From an uncultured delta proteobacterium (GTDB lineage: Bacteria; Myxococcota_A; Polyangia; Fen-1088): a stretch of 64,000 nucleotides of DNA. The notes beneath the pieces are model-generated. The model ran no database searches, was not told where the DNA came from, and saw only the letters and a program-made list of their open reading frames with translations. The position numbers were made by a program, and so were the translations under genes. Below are positions 32,403-47,621 of this stretch, in pieces. Positions within the stretch are counted from its first letter, which is position 1, and the number at the start of each line of letters is the position of its first letter. The stretch covers positions 1,152,001 to 1,216,000 of the forward strand of contig CAVYGB010000008.1 in NCBI GenBank assembly GCA_963767925.1, in the 5' to 3' direction.

Positions 32403-33617
32403 ATGCGTAAGGCTTCACTCGGCACGTTGTTCCTGACTGTCTTTCTCGACCTGCTCGGTTTCGGGCTGGTTGTCCCGTTCCTTCCGGGGGTGGCCCGCGA
32501 TCACGGGGCGAGCGACTTCGTGGCGACCCTGCTGGCTGCCTCGTTCTCGCTGATGCAGTTCCTGTTCATCCCCCTGTGGGGGCGGCTGTCGGATCGGGTC
32601 GGGCGGCGGCCGGTGCTGCTCTTCAGCATTGCCGCATCGGCAGTCGGGATGGCCATGCTGGGGTTTGCCCGCTCGCTGACCCTCCTTTTCGTGGCCCGGC
32701 TGTGGAGCGGGGTGGCCACCGCCAACATCGCGGTGGCCCAGGCCTACATCGCCGACGTGACCACCCCCGACACGCGGGCCAAGGGGATGGGCATCATCGG
32801 CATGGGCTTCGGGCTGGGGTTCATCGTGGGGCCCTTCGTGGGGGGCGAGCTGGGCCGCTTCGAGGTGATGGGCCAGGAGGGGACCCTGGCCGCCTTCACC
32901 GCCGCCGGGCTCTCGGTGATCAATCTCGTCCTGGCGCTCGTCACCTTGCCCGAGTCGTTGCCCCGCGAGCGGCGGGGCCAGCCCGGGAGCCACCGGCGCA
33001 TCCTCGACATCCAGGCCATCCGTCAGGTCTCGCGTCTGCCCGGCATGGCGGTCGCGGTGGCGATCAGCTTCTTCGTGATCTTCTGGTTCTCGGGGCTGGA
33101 GGTGACCTTCCGGCTGTTCACCGAGGACGCCTTTGCCATGACCGTGGCCGAGACCGGTCGGGTCTTCGCCTTCGTGGGGGTGGTGGCGGTCATCGTACAG
33201 GGGGGCCTCATCCACCGCCTGTCCCGGCGCTACGGCGAGGTGAAGCTGATCCGCGCCGGGGTGGCCCTGCTGGCGGCCGGCTTCGCTCTCGACGCCCTCA
33301 GCCCCAGCTTCGGCCGCTGGCTGCTGTTCGTGGCCTCCGCCTTCGTCGCCGCCGGCAACGGCCTGTACAACCCCAGCCTGTCGAGCTACTCGTCTCGCCA
33401 GGCCAGCGCCGAGACCCAGGGGCTCACCCTCGGCGTCATCCAGTCGCTGGCCGCGCTGGCCCGGGTCCTGGGTCCCCCCGTGGGGGGGCTGGCCTACGAG
33501 CTGGTCGGCATGCGCGGCCCCTACGTCATCGGGGCCATCGGGCTGCTGGCAGTGTTCGTCCTGTCCTACCGCCTGGCGCCCGTCCGCCGGCCGGCGGTCA
33601 GCCCCGCGCCTGCTTGA
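32403..33617 (+). CDS. MFS transporter (TetA/DHA1-like)
   Basis: D.LGFG.V.P, G.LSDR.GRRPVL, AYIAD.T and G.G...GP..GG motifs; about 12 TM segments. Confidence 0.92.
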   Translation: MRKASLGTLFLTVFLDLLGFGLVVPFLPGVARDHGASDFVATLLAASFSLMQFLFIPLWGRLSDRVGRRPVLLFSIAASAVGMAMLGFARSLTLLFVARLWSGVATANIAVAQAYIADVTTPDTRAKGMGIIGMGFGLGFIVGPFVGGELGRFEVMGQEGTLAAFTAAGLSVINLVLALVTLPESLPRERRGQPGSHRRILDIQAIRQVSRLPGMAVAVAISFFVIFWFSGLEVTFRLFTEDAFAMTVAETGRVFAFVGVVAVIVQGGLIHRLSRRYGEVKLIRAGVALLAAGFALDALSPSFGRWLLFVASAFVAAGNGLYNPSLSSYSSRQASAETQGLTLGVIQSLAALARVLGPPVGGLAYELVGMRGPYVIGAIGLLAVFVLSYRLAPVRRPAVSPAPA

Positions 33618-34245
33618 GCACCTCGAGGTAGCGGGCCGTCCGTTCGGCGATCACGGCGGTCCGCCCCTCGCGCAGGGCCTTCAGGTCCACGAGGTCTCCG
33701 CCCACCCCCAGGGCGGCCGCCCCCGCCTGGATGAACGAGGCGGCGGTGTCGACCGAGACGCCGCCGGTGGGGACGAGCTCGATGTGGGGCAAGGGAGCCT
33801 TGATGTTCTTGATATACGAGGCGCCCCCCACCGAGCTGACCGGGAAGACCTTGACCATATCGGCTCCGGCTTTCCAGGCCGCCATGATCTCGGTGGGGGT
33901 GAGGGCCCCCGGAAGGACCGGAACGCCGGCCGCCCGGCAGAAGGCCACCGTCTCGACGTCCAGGCCGGGGCTCACGATGAAACGGGCGCCGGCGTCGATG
34001 CAGGCCTGGGCCGCCCGGGCGTCGAGCACCGTCCCGGCCCCGACAACCACCCGATCGCCGAGGCGCCGCCCGAGCTTGCCGATGACGTCGGTGGCGTCGG
34101 GAACGGTCAGCGTGATCTCGAGGACGGTGATGCCCGCCGCCACCAGGGCGTCGGAGATGGCGAGGGCCTCGTCTGCCGTCGGGGTGCGCACGACGGGGAT
34201 GAGCAGCCCCGCGCGGATCCGGGCCAGCGTTTGCGTCTTGTCCAT
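33598..34245 (-). CDS. eda: KDPG/KHG aldolase
   Basis: EIT, GAGTV, GA.F.VSP, TPTE, VKVFP and PTGGV motifs. Confidence 0.93.
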   Translation of the reverse strand: MDKTQTLARIRAGLLIPVVRTPTADEALAISDALVAAGITVLEITLTVPDATDVIGKLGRRLGDRVVVGAGTVLDARAAQACIDAGARFIVSPGLDVETVAFCRAAGVPVLPGALTPTEIMAAWKAGADMVKVFPVSSVGGASYIKNIKAPLPHIELVPTGGVSVDTAASFIQAGAAALGVGGDLVDLKALREGRTAVIAERTARYLEVLKQARG

Positions 34246-34257
34246 GGTTGACCTCGC

Positions 34258-35364
34258 TCAGCGCGACACGCGCGCGCTGCCTCCCTTCATGACCTTCAGG
34301 ACCTCGTCCAGGGTAGCCATGCTCGTGTCGCCGGGGGTGGTCATCGCCAGCGCGCCGTGGGCGGCGCCGCAGTCGACGGCGAACTGGGCGCCCCGCCCCG
34401 ACAGAAAGCCGTAGATGAGGCCGGAGGCGAAGGAGTCTCCGCCGCCCACCCGGTCGTGGATCTCGAGGTCCTCGCGGAGGGAGGCCAAGAAGAAGTCGTC
34501 CCCGAACGAGCAGATGGCCCCCCAGTCGTTCCGGGTGGCGGTCTTGGCGTTGCGCAGGGTGGTCGCCACCACCTGGAAGTTCGCGTACTGCGACCGGGCG
34601 AGCTGGATCATCTTCTTGAAGTTGGTGGGGTCGAGGGCGGCGAAGTTCTCGTCGACCCCCTCGACGTGCAGACCCAGGCAGGCCGTGAAGTCCTCCTCGT
34701 TGCCGAGCATGACGTCGACGTAGCTGGCCAGCTTCTGGTTGACCTCCTTGGCCTTGGCCGCCCCACCCACGCCCTTCCAGAGCGAGTCGCGGTAGTTGAG
34801 GTCGTAAGAGACGATGGTGCCGTGGCGCTTGGCGGCCTGCATGGCCTCCTGGGCCACCGCCGGGGTGGTCTCGGAGAGGGCGGCGAAGATGCCGCCGGTG
34901 TGGAACCAGCGTACGCCCTCCTGCCCGAACAGCTTCTCCCAGTCGATATCCCCGGGCTTGAGCTGCGAGGCCGCGGTGTGGCCCCGGTCGGAGCAGCCGA
35001 CGGCGGCCCGCACCCCGAAGCCCCGCTCGGTGAAGTTGAGGCCGTTGCGAACGGTGCGACCGACGCCGTCGTATTTCATCCAGCGGACGTAGCGCTGATC
35101 GACGCCCCCCTGATAGATGAGGTCCTGGATCAGGCGCCCCACCGGGTTGTCGGCGAAGGCCGTCACCACCGCGGTGTCGAGGCCGAAGCAGCGCCGCAGA
35201 CCCCGGGCGACGTTGTATTCACCGCCGCCCTCCCAGGCCTGGAAGGTGCGGGTGGTGGCGACCCGTCCGTCGCCGGGATCCAGGCGCAACATGACTTCGC
35301 CGAGGGAGACGAGGTCCCACTGGCAGCGATCTTTGGGCTTGATTGCGAGCTGAGCGGTTGCCAT
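34258..35364 (-). CDS. kdgK: 2-keto-3-deoxygluconate kinase (PfkB family)
   Basis: GEVMLR, GGGE.NVA, DLNYR..LW and DRVGGGDSF motifs; adjacent to eda. Start at ATG 35364. Confidence 0.88.
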   Translation of the reverse strand: MATAQLAIKPKDRCQWDLVSLGEVMLRLDPGDGRVATTRTFQAWEGGGEYNVARGLRRCFGLDTAVVTAFADNPVGRLIQDLIYQGGVDQRYVRWMKYDGVGRTVRNGLNFTERGFGVRAAVGCSDRGHTAASQLKPGDIDWEKLFGQEGVRWFHTGGIFAALSETTPAVAQEAMQAAKRHGTIVSYDLNYRDSLWKGVGGAAKAKEVNQKLASYVDVMLGNEEDFTACLGLHVEGVDENFAALDPTNFKKMIQLARSQYANFQVVATTLRNAKTATRNDWGAICSFGDDFFLASLREDLEIHDRVGGGDSFASGLIYGFLSGRGAQFAVDCGAAHGALAMTTPGDTSMATLDEVLKVMKGGSARVSR

Positions 35365-35419
35365 GCAGGGGCGGACAATACAAGATCCGCCGCCGGGCGG
35401 GCCCCGAAAAGCTCTCCGT

Positions 35420-35755
35420 TCAGGGCTTGGAAGGCCGCAGCTTGATCTCGCTGCTGGTGGCCTCTGACGTAACGGTTCCGTCGTCGTTGGGCCGGAACCG
35501 GATCTCCGCCTTGACCTCGACCACCATCTTCGAGAGCGCCTTGCGCAGCTCCGTGTCGAGCTCGAGGTGATCGAGCCAGCCTCGGATCTCGGATGTCGCG
35601 ATGCGGACGAAGTCCTCCTTGGACCGACCCGCGGCCTCCATCCCTGCCGCCACGGCGCGCCGAACGAACTCGGAGATCCCGCCCTCGCGCGCAGCCCCTT
35701 CGCCCGGCGCCTCCCCGGCCGGGGGCGCCCCGTCCTTGGCCGATTCGTCACCCAT
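35420..35755 (-). CDS. 111-aa hypothetical protein with amphipathic helices (phasin-like)
   Basis: Coding-like C-terminal part of ORF 35420-37219: MGDESAK...ISEFVRRAVAAGMEAAGRSKEDFVRIATSEIRGWLDHLELDTELRKAL; TAATGT lies 7 nt before the ATG. Confidence 0.7.
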   Translation of the reverse strand: MGDESAKDGAPPAGEAPGEGAAREGGISEFVRRAVAAGMEAAGRSKEDFVRIATSEIRGWLDHLELDTELRKALSKMVVEVKAEIRFRPNDDGTVTSEATSSEIKLRPSKP

Positions 35756-35863
35756 GGCTTTCACATTAGCACCGCCGAAGTGCCGGATCCGCGACGTCTC
35801 GAGCGGGCCGCGGCCCATCCCGCGGTGCGGCCGCCGCCGCCCGGTTTCGGCTATGCTGACCCG

Positions 35864-37696
35864 GTGCCTGTGGCGCGGGAGAAGACCGACGACCCGAGCC
35901 CCGACGTGCTGGTCCCCCCGGCCCCGGTGCCCGAGGGGGAACCTGCGCCCCGGCGCCTGACCCCGGCCGGGCCGGAGCAGGCCGGAGTCCGGGTCTCCGG
36001 GACCAGCCACACCTGGCGACGCCTCTTCCGGGCCTATGCCACCACCGTCCAGATCGCGGCGTCCTACCTGTGGCTGGCGTTGCAGCGCCGGTTTCGCCTG
36101 CCCGAGCGGATGGAGGCGCTGACCACCGCCGCCCACCGGCGCAATGCCCGGCGGGCCCGGACGGCCATCGTCGACCTGCAGGGTCTTTTCATCAAGGTGG
36201 GACAGCTCATCAGCATCATGGCGAACTTCCTGCCCGAAGCCTTCCGGCGCGAGCTGGAGGGCCTGCAGGACCAGGTGCCGCCCCGGCCCTACCAGGACAT
36301 CGAGGCGCGGCTGCGCGAGGAGTTCGGAGGGCGCACGCCCGGCCAGGTCTTCGCTGAGTTCGACCCCGACCCGATCGCCTCCGCCTCGATCGGGCAGGTC
36401 CACGTGGCCCGACTGCGCAACGGGGAGAAGGTGGCGGTCAAGGTCCAGTACCCCGACATCGAGGAGATCGTCCGCACCGACCTGCGGGCCCTCCGCCGCA
36501 TCTTCGGGCTGCTCGGGCACTTCATGCCCGAGTGGGGCTTCGACACCATCTACCGCGAGATCCGGGAGATGGTGCTGGCGGAGCTGGATTACCGGGCCGA
36601 GGCGGAGGCCCTGCGCCAGATCGGGCTCAACTTCAAGGGGCGCAGCGACGTGCTGCTGCCCCGGGTGATCGCCGAGTTCTCGACGGCCCGGGTGCTCACC
36701 ACCGAGTGGATGGACGGCACCAAGATCGCCGACCTGCCGCGGCTGGCCGCGGAGGCCATCGACCAGCGGCGGGCGGCCCGCCTGGTGGTCGAGGCCTACT
36801 GCCAGCAGATCTTCATCGACGGCATCTATCACGCCGATCCCCACCCCGGGAACCTGCTGCTGCGCCCGGGCGCCCGCCCCGGGGACGGGCCGACTCTGGT
36901 CTTCCTCGACTTCGGCGCCACCGCCGAGGTGTCGCAGACCATGCGCAAGGGCATGGTCTCCTTCCTTCAGGGGGCCATCACCCGCGACACCGCCCGTATC
37001 GTCTCGGCCATGAAGGACATGGGCTTCATCTCCCGGCGGGCCAATCCCGAGGTGTTCGACCGGGTGGTGGCCTACTTCCACGATCGGCTCCGCTCGCAGC
37101 TCCGGGTGGAGGGCTTCTCGCTCAAGGACATCCGCTTCGAGCCGGAGGCCAAGCTGGCGAGCCTGCTCGACCTGCGTGAGCTGAACGTTTCGCTGTCCGA
37201 CCTGCGCGACTCCTTTCACGTCCCCAAGGAGTGGGTGCTGCTGGAGCGGACGCTGCTGCTGCTGCTGGGCGTGTGCACCACCCTCGATCCGGAGATGAAC
37301 CCGCTCGAGTCGATCCAGCCCTACGTCGAGAAGTTCATGCTCGGCGAGAAGAAGCAGTGGTCGGAGGCCTTCGTGGAGGCCTCACGCGAGGCGGCCTTCT
37401 CCGCGCTGACCTTGCCGGCGGAACTGGGGCGCTTCCTGGCCACCTCGGCCCGGGGCGATCTGGCGATCCGTCCGTCGGGGCTCGACGAGGGGGTGCGCGC
37501 CCTGTACGCGGTCTTCCAGCAGCTGCTCTGGGGCGGCCTGGGCGCCACCGCGGCCATCCTCGCGGTCATCTTCGATGGCCGGGGTCAGACCACCGCCCGA
37601 GGCTTCGCCATCGCCGCCGGCGCCCTCTGCGCGGTCTTGCTTTTTGCATGTCTGCTGAAGGGTGGGCGCGCAACCCGCACCCGATCCCGACGCTGA
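35864..37696 (+). CDS. ABC1/UbiB/AarF family atypical kinase
   Basis: FIK.GQ, LQD.VPP, ASASIGQVH, VAVKVQYP, ELDY..EA, HADPHPGN and LDFG motifs; C-terminal TM pair. Confidence 0.92.
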   Translation: MPVAREKTDDPSPDVLVPPAPVPEGEPAPRRLTPAGPEQAGVRVSGTSHTWRRLFRAYATTVQIAASYLWLALQRRFRLPERMEALTTAAHRRNARRARTAIVDLQGLFIKVGQLISIMANFLPEAFRRELEGLQDQVPPRPYQDIEARLREEFGGRTPGQVFAEFDPDPIASASIGQVHVARLRNGEKVAVKVQYPDIEEIVRTDLRALRRIFGLLGHFMPEWGFDTIYREIREMVLAELDYRAEAEALRQIGLNFKGRSDVLLPRVIAEFSTARVLTTEWMDGTKIADLPRLAAEAIDQRRAARLVVEAYCQQIFIDGIYHADPHPGNLLLRPGARPGDGPTLVFLDFGATAEVSQTMRKGMVSFLQGAITRDTARIVSAMKDMGFISRRANPEVFDRVVAYFHDRLRSQLRVEGFSLKDIRFEPEAKLASLLDLRELNVSLSDLRDSFHVPKEWVLLERTLLLLLGVCTTLDPEMNPLESIQPYVEKFMLGEKKQWSEAFVEASREAAFSALTLPAELGRFLATSARGDLAIRPSGLDEGVRALYAVFQQLLWGGLGATAAILAVIFDGRGQTTARGFAIAAGALCAVLLFACLLKGGRATRTRSRR

Positions 37697-37701
37697 TCCT
37701 C

Positions 37702-37730
37702 TTGCCGGCAGCCCCCCGGGAGCCTACACT
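37702..37730 (+). promoter_or_regulatory. Sigma70-type promoter (TTGCCG-17 nt-TACACT)
   Basis: Seen directly upstream of the ORF starting at 37749. Confidence 0.5.
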
Positions 37731-37748
37731 GCGCCGACGCGTGAACCG

Positions 37749-38861
37749 ATGGCGCGTGAATCCACGTCCAGTACCCGCGGCTCCGGCACCCGAGAGCCTA
37801 CTCGCACACCTGTAGCGACGCCGAGCGTTGGCATCTACGACGCCTTCACGGTGGGCGATCTCACCGCGATCCGGAACCTGCTCCGCGGCGGTTCGGTGAT
37901 CGACTGGCACCGCGTGTATTTCACTGACCGCGCCGAGGTCGACCGTTTCCTGCGCGTGAACGAGTTCGATCCGGAGAGTGACGCCGACATGGGCCGGCTG
38001 GACAGCCTGCGCCAGGAGGCGGTCGAATATCTCGAGCGACACCTCGACGTACATATCCCCGAGGAGGTCGCCGACGGAATCCCGGCTCGCGATCTCTTCC
38101 TCGTCGCCTCCCAGAAGGGCAAGCGGCGCACACCGGCCTGCATCGTCCTCAAGGTCATGCACGTGCTCAACCACCTCGGCGGACGGGAGCTGCTCACCCG
38201 CCTGCCGGTGAGCTCGGACCAGATCTTCCACCTCGTGGAGGAGAAGGTCCTGCGTACGGTGGAGGAGATGAAAGAGGCGGGGCTGGGCGTGATCGAGTTC
38301 GAATGGAGCCGCAAACATGCCGACAGCCTGATTACCAAGCTCCTCGCCAAGAAGGAGAACATCGCGGCCGATGTTTACGATCGGCTGCGTTTCCGGATGG
38401 TCACCAATTCCGAACACCAGCTCATGCTGGTATTGCGCGAGGTCACGCAACGGCTGGTCCCCTTCAACTACGTCGTTCCCGGGCAATCCCAGAACGGGAT
38501 CATCCAGCTGCGGGAGGTGGTCGAGTCGTCGCCCGCGCTGGCCCCCTTCCTCCCGGATCTGCTCGATCTCTCGAACGTCGCCGCGGACAAGGGACCGGCG
38601 CCCTCCAACGAGTTTTCCGGACCGAGCTACCGGGTGATCAACTTCGTCGCCGACCTGCCGGTCCGCATCGATCGGTACCTGGGGCGGCCCGCCGACGACC
38701 CGTTGTTCTCCGAGACCGGGGCGGTGGTCTTCGTCCTGACGGAGTTCCAGATCATTGACGCGCGGACCGCCGACGACAACGAAAACGGCGAGAACAGCCA
38801 CAATCGCTACAAGGAACGCCAGCTCAACCGGGTGCGGACCCGGCTGATGCACGGGTCCTGA
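37749..38861 (+). CDS. TIGR04552-like protein with RelA/SpoT synthetase-like nucleotidyltransferase motifs
   Basis: N-terminal LRGGSVIDW signature (recalled for this myxobacterial family), then RK...S...K, D.YD...R, SYR, EFQI and H..YK. Confidence 0.8.
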   Translation: MARESTSSTRGSGTREPTRTPVATPSVGIYDAFTVGDLTAIRNLLRGGSVIDWHRVYFTDRAEVDRFLRVNEFDPESDADMGRLDSLRQEAVEYLERHLDVHIPEEVADGIPARDLFLVASQKGKRRTPACIVLKVMHVLNHLGGRELLTRLPVSSDQIFHLVEEKVLRTVEEMKEAGLGVIEFEWSRKHADSLITKLLAKKENIAADVYDRLRFRMVTNSEHQLMLVLREVTQRLVPFNYVVPGQSQNGIIQLREVVESSPALAPFLPDLLDLSNVAADKGPAPSNEFSGPSYRVINFVADLPVRIDRYLGRPADDPLFSETGAVVFVLTEFQIIDARTADDNENGENSHNRYKERQLNRVRTRLMHGS

Positions 38862-39247
38862 CGGCTCCGGGCGCGCGACGTCGACGCACCCCCCCGCTCG
38901 CGGCGAGCGCGAGCCTCGTCCGCGAGCCATGCCTCGCGCCCGCCCGGTGGCCGCTTGGCGCTCGCAGCGTCGCCCGAGCAAGTCGCCAAAACAGCGGCGA
39001 CGGCGAGGCGCTTTTGGTGGTAAAAGTTGGGTAGCCCGCATGGAGATCCACGACCCATGTTGAAACCGTCGGGAGCTGGTCTGGGAGGCGGGAGGTGCTG
39101 GGCAAAAGGGCGTCCAACGGGTCCGAAGTTCGGGCACGCGAGCGAGTCGCCGAGTCAAATAGACCAGCCGCCGCGCGGGCTTTGCCGGTGGCGACGCCAC
39201 ATGATATCTGCTACGTTGCCGCGCGTATGCTACAAGGGCCTACAGCC

Positions 39248-42019
39248 GTGTCAGGATCGGGGGGGTTTCCTCGAGCCTTCGGCTCTGTAGTCCTGCTGAG
39301 GCCTCTGTCCCGCGATCCGCGGACGGAGGTGTTCTTGGCGCTTCGTGCCGAGGGCGCGGATCGCCTTTGCGTCGTCACGTTCCTCGGGTCGTCGCTGGTG
39401 TCGAGCGGGCGGGTCGTCGATGCTCTGCGCGCCCAGGCGACCTGGCTGGTTGGGCGCGTCCACGGGAACCTCGTCCAGATCTACGACGTCGGACAATCGG
39501 GCGAGCAGCTCTTCTTCGTCAGTGAATATGTCGAGGGCGCCGACGTGGCCGCCCTGCTCGGTCGCGCCGGCGCGCTGAGCGTGGGCATGGCCCTGCACCT
39601 GGCCCTCGAATTCGGCGAGGCGCTCTCGTTCGTCCGCGGCCAGGAGGAGGCCGCCACCGGCGTGCGGACCCAGGTAGCCGGCCTCTCGGCGGCCTCGCTG
39701 ATGCTCGCCCGCGACGGGAAGGTCAAGCTCCTGCACCCCGGCTCCGGTCTCTCGGCGGCCCTGGAGACACTCCCGGGTCGGGGCCCCGGGGTGGCCTCCC
39801 TGGTGCCACCCGAGGACCTGGCCGGCGCCTCTCCGGCGGGAGACGTCTACGCGGTCGGCGCCCTGCTCTGGCAGATGTTGACCGGGCGACCGCTGGGCGG
39901 ATCGGACGCCGCCGCCCACCTGACCGAGCTGCGCGCGGGCCGTTTTTCGCCCCGTTCTCCTGCCTCCGTGACCGGAGCGCAGCGGGAGATCCCCGAGGAG
40001 CTCACCCGCCTCGTGCTGGCGGCGCTCTCCCCCTCCCCGGAGGCCCGGCCGGCCACCCAGACCTTCCGCACCGAGCTCGCCGCGGTGATGCGGACCCTGT
40101 CCGACGGGGACGAGCGGGCAGTTCGCCGTCTGGTTGTCGACACCTTCAGCGCCGAGCTGGCGGCGGACGCCACCGAGCTGGCGCGCCTGACCGCGGCCGC
40201 CTCGCGGCCCGTCGAGACCGGGCCCCAGCCTCCCGCCCTCACCCTCACAAACATCTCGGGGGTTCGCCGCCGCCGCCCGGCGGAGACCGAGCTGGTCCCC
40301 GGTCAGGCCATCGCCGGCACCCGCTACCGCGCCCTCGAGAAGCTGGGCGAGGGGGGCATGGGCGCGGTCTACCTGGCCGAACACGTGGACATCGAGCGGA
40401 AGGTGGCGCTCAAGCTCCTGCACAGCGACCTGGTTCAGAACCCGCTGGTGCTCCGCCAGTTCCGGCAGGAGGCGCGGGCGGCTTCCCGGATCGGCAACCC
40501 CTACATCTGCGACGTGACCGACTGGGGCGAGGTCGAGGACGGCCGCGTCTTCTTCGTCATGGAATACCTCGACGGCGCCTCGCTCGGCACCGTGCTCAAG
40601 GAAGAGCGCCGGTTCACGCCCGCCCGGATGATCCCCATCGTCCGGCAGGTGGCCAAGGCCCTCGGCGCCGCCCACGAAAAGGGGATCGTCCACCTCGACG
40701 TCAAGCCCGACAACGTCATCCTCATCGAGAAGGACAGCCGGCAAGACTCGGTCAAGGTCGTGGATTTCGGCATCGCCGGCCTGCTGGGGCAAGGGTCGTC
40801 GGGGGGCAAGGTGATGGGGACGCCCGAATACATGGCGCCCGAGCGGGCCCAGGGCCTCGGGTACGACCACCGCAGCGACATCTATTCGCTCGGCGTGATG
40901 GCCTACGAGATGCTCGTGGGGGAGGTCCCCTTGCAGGGCAGCGCCGCCGTCGAGACCCTCGCCATGCAGGTCGACGAGCAGCCGGACCGGATCAACGAGC
41001 GGCTCACCGAGCCCATCCCCGAGAAGATCGAAGCGCTCATCATGCGCATGCTCGAGAAGGACGCCAGCCGCCGGCCCCAGAACATGGCCGAGGTGGAGGC
41101 GCGTCTCATCGAGGCCCAGCTCGAGGCCCGCATCCAGACCCTGTGGGACGAGGAGCTCACCCTGCCGCCGATGGATCCGGACCGGGCGGCTCGCATCGCC
41201 CGCCGGCTCTCGCCCGAGCCACGCAGCGCCCGTCTATACCTGGCGGTGGCCTCCAGCGTGGCGGCCCTCAGCGTGACCCTCGCGATCTTCTTCGCGACCC
41301 GGGACTCCGAATCGAGCGCGGACGCGCGCCCGGGCCTGCTCGAGCGGGCCCAGATCGTCTCTCCCCCCGCCGCCGCCGCCGCGCCCCGCAGCGAGCCGGC
41401 TCCCCTGGCGGTCGAGAGTCCCACCCCCCTGCCGGCGCCCACCCCGATTCCGCCGCCCGCCCCCGCCGAGGCCCCCCCGCCCGAGCCGACGGCGCCGGTC
41501 GTGGTGGCCCCCACCACCACCCCGCCGGCCGCCCGCTTCGCCACCGACGCCCGCAGCCGGATCCGGCGGGCCTTGCCGCCCCCGCCCCAGACCCAGCCGG
41601 CGCCGACCCTGCCGCCGCAACCACCGGCGGTGGTCCGCGATCCCGGCCGGGCGCGCGTCCACATCAACCGGGGGACGGCGGCGCTGACCGCCGGGCGGGT
41701 GACCCAGGCGGAGAACGAGTTCACGTCGGCGGTGAGCTTCGATCCTCACAACCCGGAGGCGTTCGTGGGGCTGGCCGACGCCCAGTTCGAGAACGCCAAC
41801 TACAAGGCCGCGCTGGCCTCGGCCCGCCGGGCGATCCGATTGAAGTACGCTGGCTTCAAACCCTACGTGCTGGCCGGACACGCCCACATGAAGCGGGGCG
41901 AGTTTCGCCAGGCGGTCGAGGCGTACACCGACGCCGCCCGCATCGCGCCCTACGATTCGTCGATCCAGGAGTACATCGTCAAGGCGCGGGGCAAGCTCGG
42001 CAGCTCCGAGGGCGGCGTC

Positions 42020-42037
<18 letters not shown>
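39248..42037 (+). CDS. Tandem pseudokinase-kinase Ser/Thr protein kinase with TM, Pro-rich linker and TPR domain
   Basis: Domain 2 has GEGGMG.VY, VALK, HLDVKPDN, DFG, GTPEYMAPE and DIYSLG; domain 1 is degenerate. Start 39227 or 39248. Confidence 0.9.
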
Positions 42038-46317
<4,280 letters not shown>

Positions 46318-46321
46318 CCGT

Positions 46322-46979
46322 TCAGGTGGCCAATTTACCCGATTTCTCGCCGCTGCCAAGCAGCCGCAACACGAGGGCGTGCAGGAAATAGATGAGGGGG
46401 GTGAGGGCGACCGCGATCAGGATCTTCAGAGTGTAGGAGTCACGCACCACGCCGAGGATGAAGGCGACCGGCTTGCGCCCTCCCAGCAGGACCGCGTTGA
46501 CCACGACGGTGTCCAGGAGCTGGCTGGCCAGGGTCGAGCCGGTGGCGCGCAGCCACAACATGCGGTGTCGGGTCAGCCGCCGGAACAGCCCGAAGAGGGT
46601 GATGTCCAGCAGCTGTCCGAGCAGATACGCCGTGAGCGACGCGACGTAGAGTCGGGTCGACCAGCCGAACACCGTATCGAACGCGGATCCGGCCAGGGGA
46701 GATTCGGGGCTGACGGGCAGGGCTATGGCCATCTGGATGACCGTGAAGGCGAAGACCGCCGCGCCCAGGCCCAGATAGGTCACCCGCCGGGCCCCCACCG
46801 GGCCGTAGAACTCGTTCAGCACGTCGGTCAGCACGAAGGTGAGGGGGAAGGCCAGCATCCCGACCGACAGATCGATCGCCGCCGACCCGGAAGAACTTTC
46901 CGCCGATCAGATCGGCGGTGAGCAGGGCGGCGACGAACAGCGTCGCCAGCCAGAGGTAGAGCTGCTGCTTGCGGTCCAT
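46322..46979 (-). CDS. yhhQ: Queuosine precursor transporter (YhhQ/VUT family), +1 frameshift near 46878
   Basis: G...FP.TF.LTD..NE.YG, ASL.AYL.GQ..D and WLR..GST..SQ..DT motifs; removing one base gives 218 aa. Confidence 0.88.
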
Positions 46980-47054
46980 GCCTGCCTCGGGGGCTCGACC
47001 GGCGACCGGCCCGGGCGGGGGCGGCGCCAGCCCGCTACCGGCGACGCGCGCCCT

Positions 47055-47621
47055 TCATTGCAGGGACTCCAGGCACAGGGCGGCTTCGGCGCTGTCCCAC
47101 TTGGCCTGGTAAAAGAGCTGCTGCAGCTTCCCTGCGGAGTCGATCAGGAAGGTCTCGGGATACTTCTCGGTCCCGTAGCGCTTGGGGACCTCCTTGTCGG
47201 CATCCAGGAGGATCGACAGCGAGGTCCCGCGGGGGAAGAACTTCTTCACCGTCTCCCAGTCCTCGTCGAGGCTGACCGTGAGGACCTTGACCCGATCGCC
47301 GGACCGCTTCGAGCAGATTCTCGAGGGAGGGCATCTCCTCGACACAGGGGGGGCACCAGGTGGCCCAGAAGTTGAGCAGGACCGGCCGGCCTCGCAGCTC
47401 CCGCAGCGACAAGGCCCGACCGCTGGCGTCCTTGAGGGAGAAGTCCGGGGCCGGGTCGCCCAGCTTCACCTTGCCCGCCACCATCTTCTGGGGAGTGAGC
47501 GCCCGACAGGCCTCCGTCCGCATGGACCGGGCTCGATTCCCCGCCGCGTGGATGAAGCGGGCGGCCAGGAAGGCGACCGCCGGGACGACGATCACCAGCA
47601 CGGCGAGACGCCGGCGCTTCA

